Of a stretch of 64,000 nucleotides of DNA, positions 61,973 through 64,000 are shown piece after piece. Numbering within the stretch: the stretch's first letter is position 1; each line of letters begins with the position of its first letter. Position numbers and translations under genes: made by a program. The DNA comes from a virus, in IMG/VR virus record IMGVR_UViG_3300047157_000068, positions 32,001 through 96,000 of that record. One strand, given 5' to 3'. A model generated the notes under the pieces. The model was not told where the DNA came from. It did no database searches and saw only the letters and a program-made list of their open reading frames with translations.

Positions 61973-63166
61973 TTAAGGGTATATTCTTATTTCTAATGGT
62001 GTATCAAGTAAAATACTATCATCTGCTATAGCTGTGTTTTCAACTAAATTAGTAGTGATAGTAAAACTATTTCCAGTTACACCAATAATATTAGCAATGT
62101 TTGGATGATTTTTAAATACTTGTGCAATGTTTATAGTCACTTTACTTGGATCAACTGATGTTGACCAAGTTGCAGTATAGCGTCCAACGCTAGGTCTTGA
62201 CCATGATAAGGTTCTTCCTGTATCATTATAAATGACATTCTCTGTAGGTGCACTGTTACCTAGCTGAGTTACTTGAGATACATATGCCTCATAGTAATGA
62301 GATAATCCCATAGCCACAGACTTAGGATTAGCTGTTGTACCTAAAGGAACACCGGTTATAACTTCTACACCATTGCTTCCCCACATTAAAACATTATCTG
62401 ATTCAGATACAGAAAAACCTGGACCTGCTCCACCTGGGTTTTCATCATATACATTAAAGGTAGTCATACCACCACCAGAAGATATTGTTACTTCATTTGA
62501 GCCATTATCTGTTATTGATACATTACTTCCTGCAAAAAGCTTTACATTGCTTAATGATCCATCTGAACCATCAAGTTTTAAGTTTACATGCTGAGGTCCT
62601 CCAGTTGTTTGACCTGCACTTGAAAGGGTATAAGTCACACCACCAGATGAAACACCATTGATTATTATTTCATTTGTTGTCTCAGTTAAAGTAATATTAG
62701 AACCTGCCAATAAAGATTTAAAGTTTAGAGTTTCCCCTACTTTGTCTTTCCATATACCAAGTCCTGATCCTACATTAGCTGCTAAATTAGGTTCTCCTTC
62801 TGTATCAATTTCTACATAATTATCATCAGCTGACTGAGCCAAAGTTAAATTAGGGCTCATAGATTTTAGTGTACGGAAATAAACAGTACATTCACCTGTG
62901 TCAGGATCAACTTCTGTTTTTTGATATACAGTTGCAGTATCTCCTTTAGGAACCTCCGGTGTGTTTTTATGATCACATCCTGCTCCTTCAACTTTAAAGT
63001 CTGATATCTTAATTAATTTAACTGCTTTATAAGGTATAGGAGATGCTACACCAGTCATATCAGGTTGCTCATTCCATTTACCTAATACTAGCACATCATT
63101 CTTTTCTGCTACTTTAGAGTATTTTCCTTGTCTAATTAAACTTAATATGTCAGTTAAAATATTCAT
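61973..63166 (-). CDS. Virion fibre-like protein
   Basis: FKSLLAGSNITL fibre motif; N- and C-terminal domains shared with 58139..60955. Confidence 0.65.
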   Translation of the reverse strand: MNILTDILSLIRQGKYSKVAEKNDVLVLGKWNEQPDMTGVASPIPYKAVKLIKISDFKVEGAGCDHKNTPEVPKGDTATVYQKTEVDPDTGECTVYFRTLKSMSPNLTLAQSADDNYVEIDTEGEPNLAANVGSGLGIWKDKVGETLNFKSLLAGSNITLTETTNEIIINGVSSGGVTYTLSSAGQTTGGPQHVNLKLDGSDGSLSNVKLFAGSNVSITDNGSNEVTISSGGGMTTFNVYDENPGGAGPGFSVSESDNVLMWGSNGVEVITGVPLGTTANPKSVAMGLSHYYEAYVSQVTQLGNSAPTENVIYNDTGRTLSWSRPSVGRYTATWSTSVDPSKVTINIAQVFKNHPNIANIIGVTGNSFTITTNLVENTAIADDSILLDTPLEIRIYP

Positions 63167-63169
63167 ATC

Positions 63170-63388
63170 TTATTTACCATCATAGGACCAGCCGCCCATT
63201 TTATATTTTTGTTTTTTTGACTTTCCGTCTCTGCCTTGTACAACTCTTTCTGTTTCAACACCCTTGCGCATTTTTTCTTGTACTGAACCTAGCATCATGT
63301 CTTCTAATTCACCACCTGTTCTTAATAACATCTTGCTTTTTTGCCTAGATATTTTTTGCTTTGGTAAACACGGTCTTTTTTTTGCCAT
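63170..63388 (-). CDS. Small basic protein
   Basis: 72-aa K/R-rich ORF. Confidence 0.5.
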   Translation of the reverse strand: MAKKRPCLPKQKISRQKSKMLLRTGGELEDMMLGSVQEKMRKGVETERVVQGRDGKSKKQKYKMGGWSYDGK

Positions 63389-63399
63389 CTTATTTTAAT

Positions 63400-63546
63400 T
63401 TATATATCCAATGTAAACGTTACAAAGAATAAGTACACTTTCACTGTTGAATAATCAAACTCAGCATCTGGTTGTATAAACTCCCATCCTAATGCTAATC
63501 TATTATGTGGCCAATGAAATGCTATTTCTAATTGCCAATCACCCAT
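63400..63546 (-). CDS. Small hydrophobic protein (48 aa)
   Basis: MGDWQLEIAFHWPHNRLALGWEF...FTLDI*. Confidence 0.45.
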   Translation of the reverse strand: MGDWQLEIAFHWPHNRLALGWEFIQPDAEFDYSTVKVYLFFVTFTLDI

Positions 63547-63643
63547 TATATTTTACTTTTAGTTTTTTTACAAAGTCCTTGACGGCAATGTCCTAAACAG
63601 ACTTTACCTTTTGTGACCCACTGTATTAACAAACAAATTTGTC

Positions 63644-63904
63644 TCATTTTTTAACTGCCTTTTTTTTAGGTGCTCTTTTTTTAGTTTTACCTGCAACTGC
63701 TTTAGGTACATGACCTAACTGATTGCCAACCTCTTTAATTGCTCTACCTACATCAGCTAATTCATTAGCTGTGAGCTTATATCTTTTTACAATTTCAAGT
63801 AAAGTCTTTTCAGCTTTCTCATCAATTGTAGTCTTTGACCAAACAGCTCTCCAAGAATCTTGTAAGCTGTATGTCCAAATGACATGTATGATTTTTTTAA
63901 ACAT
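63644..63904 (-). CDS. Hypothetical protein, first gene of a late operon
   Basis: Preceded by the GTATATT motif at 63934. Confidence 0.55.
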   Translation of the reverse strand: MFKKIIHVIWTYSLQDSWRAVWSKTTIDEKAEKTLLEIVKRYKLTANELADVGRAIKEVGNQLGHVPKAVAGKTKKRAPKKKAVKK

Positions 63905-64000
63905 AATTAGTTTTTTAAAAGTACTATATGAATAATATACAAATTTTGTGTCACTTAACCAACTGATTAAGATATATAAATCTTATCTTTGTGTTGCTTA

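Noticed and set aside
1-64000. Diversity-generating retroelement, introns or inteins, prophage integration
   Set aside because: No reverse transcriptase, TR/VR pair, integrase or host genes were seen. PolB, DnaB and TerL sizes leave no room for inteins.

Overview
About 64 kb of an AT-rich lytic dsDNA tailed phage genome, most likely crAss-like (Crassvirales-related) and infecting Bacteroidota/Flavobacteria. The host call rests on TAnnTTTG promoter boxes, A-rich translation starts without Shine-Dalgarno motifs, and a lipoprotein with a Bacteroidota export signal. There are three blocks. (1) 1-26.7 kb, minus strand: late virion and packaging genes (tail fibres, ring/adaptor, major capsid, scaffold, portal, large terminase, GroES, HU/IHF, amidase endolysin). 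(2) 27.2-54.9 kb, plus strand: early and replication genes (small early ORFs, three abutting tRNAs, SF2 helicase, UDG, DnaB, AAA_24, SSB-like proteins, primase, RusA-like nuclease, a VWA-peptidase/MoxR/BRCT-like module, PolB, MazG-like protein, a spore-photoproduct-lyase-like radical SAM enzyme, DUF932, dATP/dGTP diphosphohydrolase). (3) 54.9-63.9 kb, minus strand: more virion/adhesin genes and a holin. Many genes are broken by single-base indels, probably long-read errors. The strongest novel signals are: (a) the 26.8-29.2 kb strand-switch region, which is dense in hairpins and has a repeated GGAA-loop hairpin plus CTGCTCCCNAACTA element flanking a tail-less paralog of an SSB-like gene, followed by an array of structured ncRNA-like elements; (b) a five-gene VWA-peptidase/MoxR module with three paralogous partner proteins; (c) a phage-encoded spore photoproduct lyase with an atypical CX3CX4C motif. 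All calls come from reading the sequence by eye; no database search was run.
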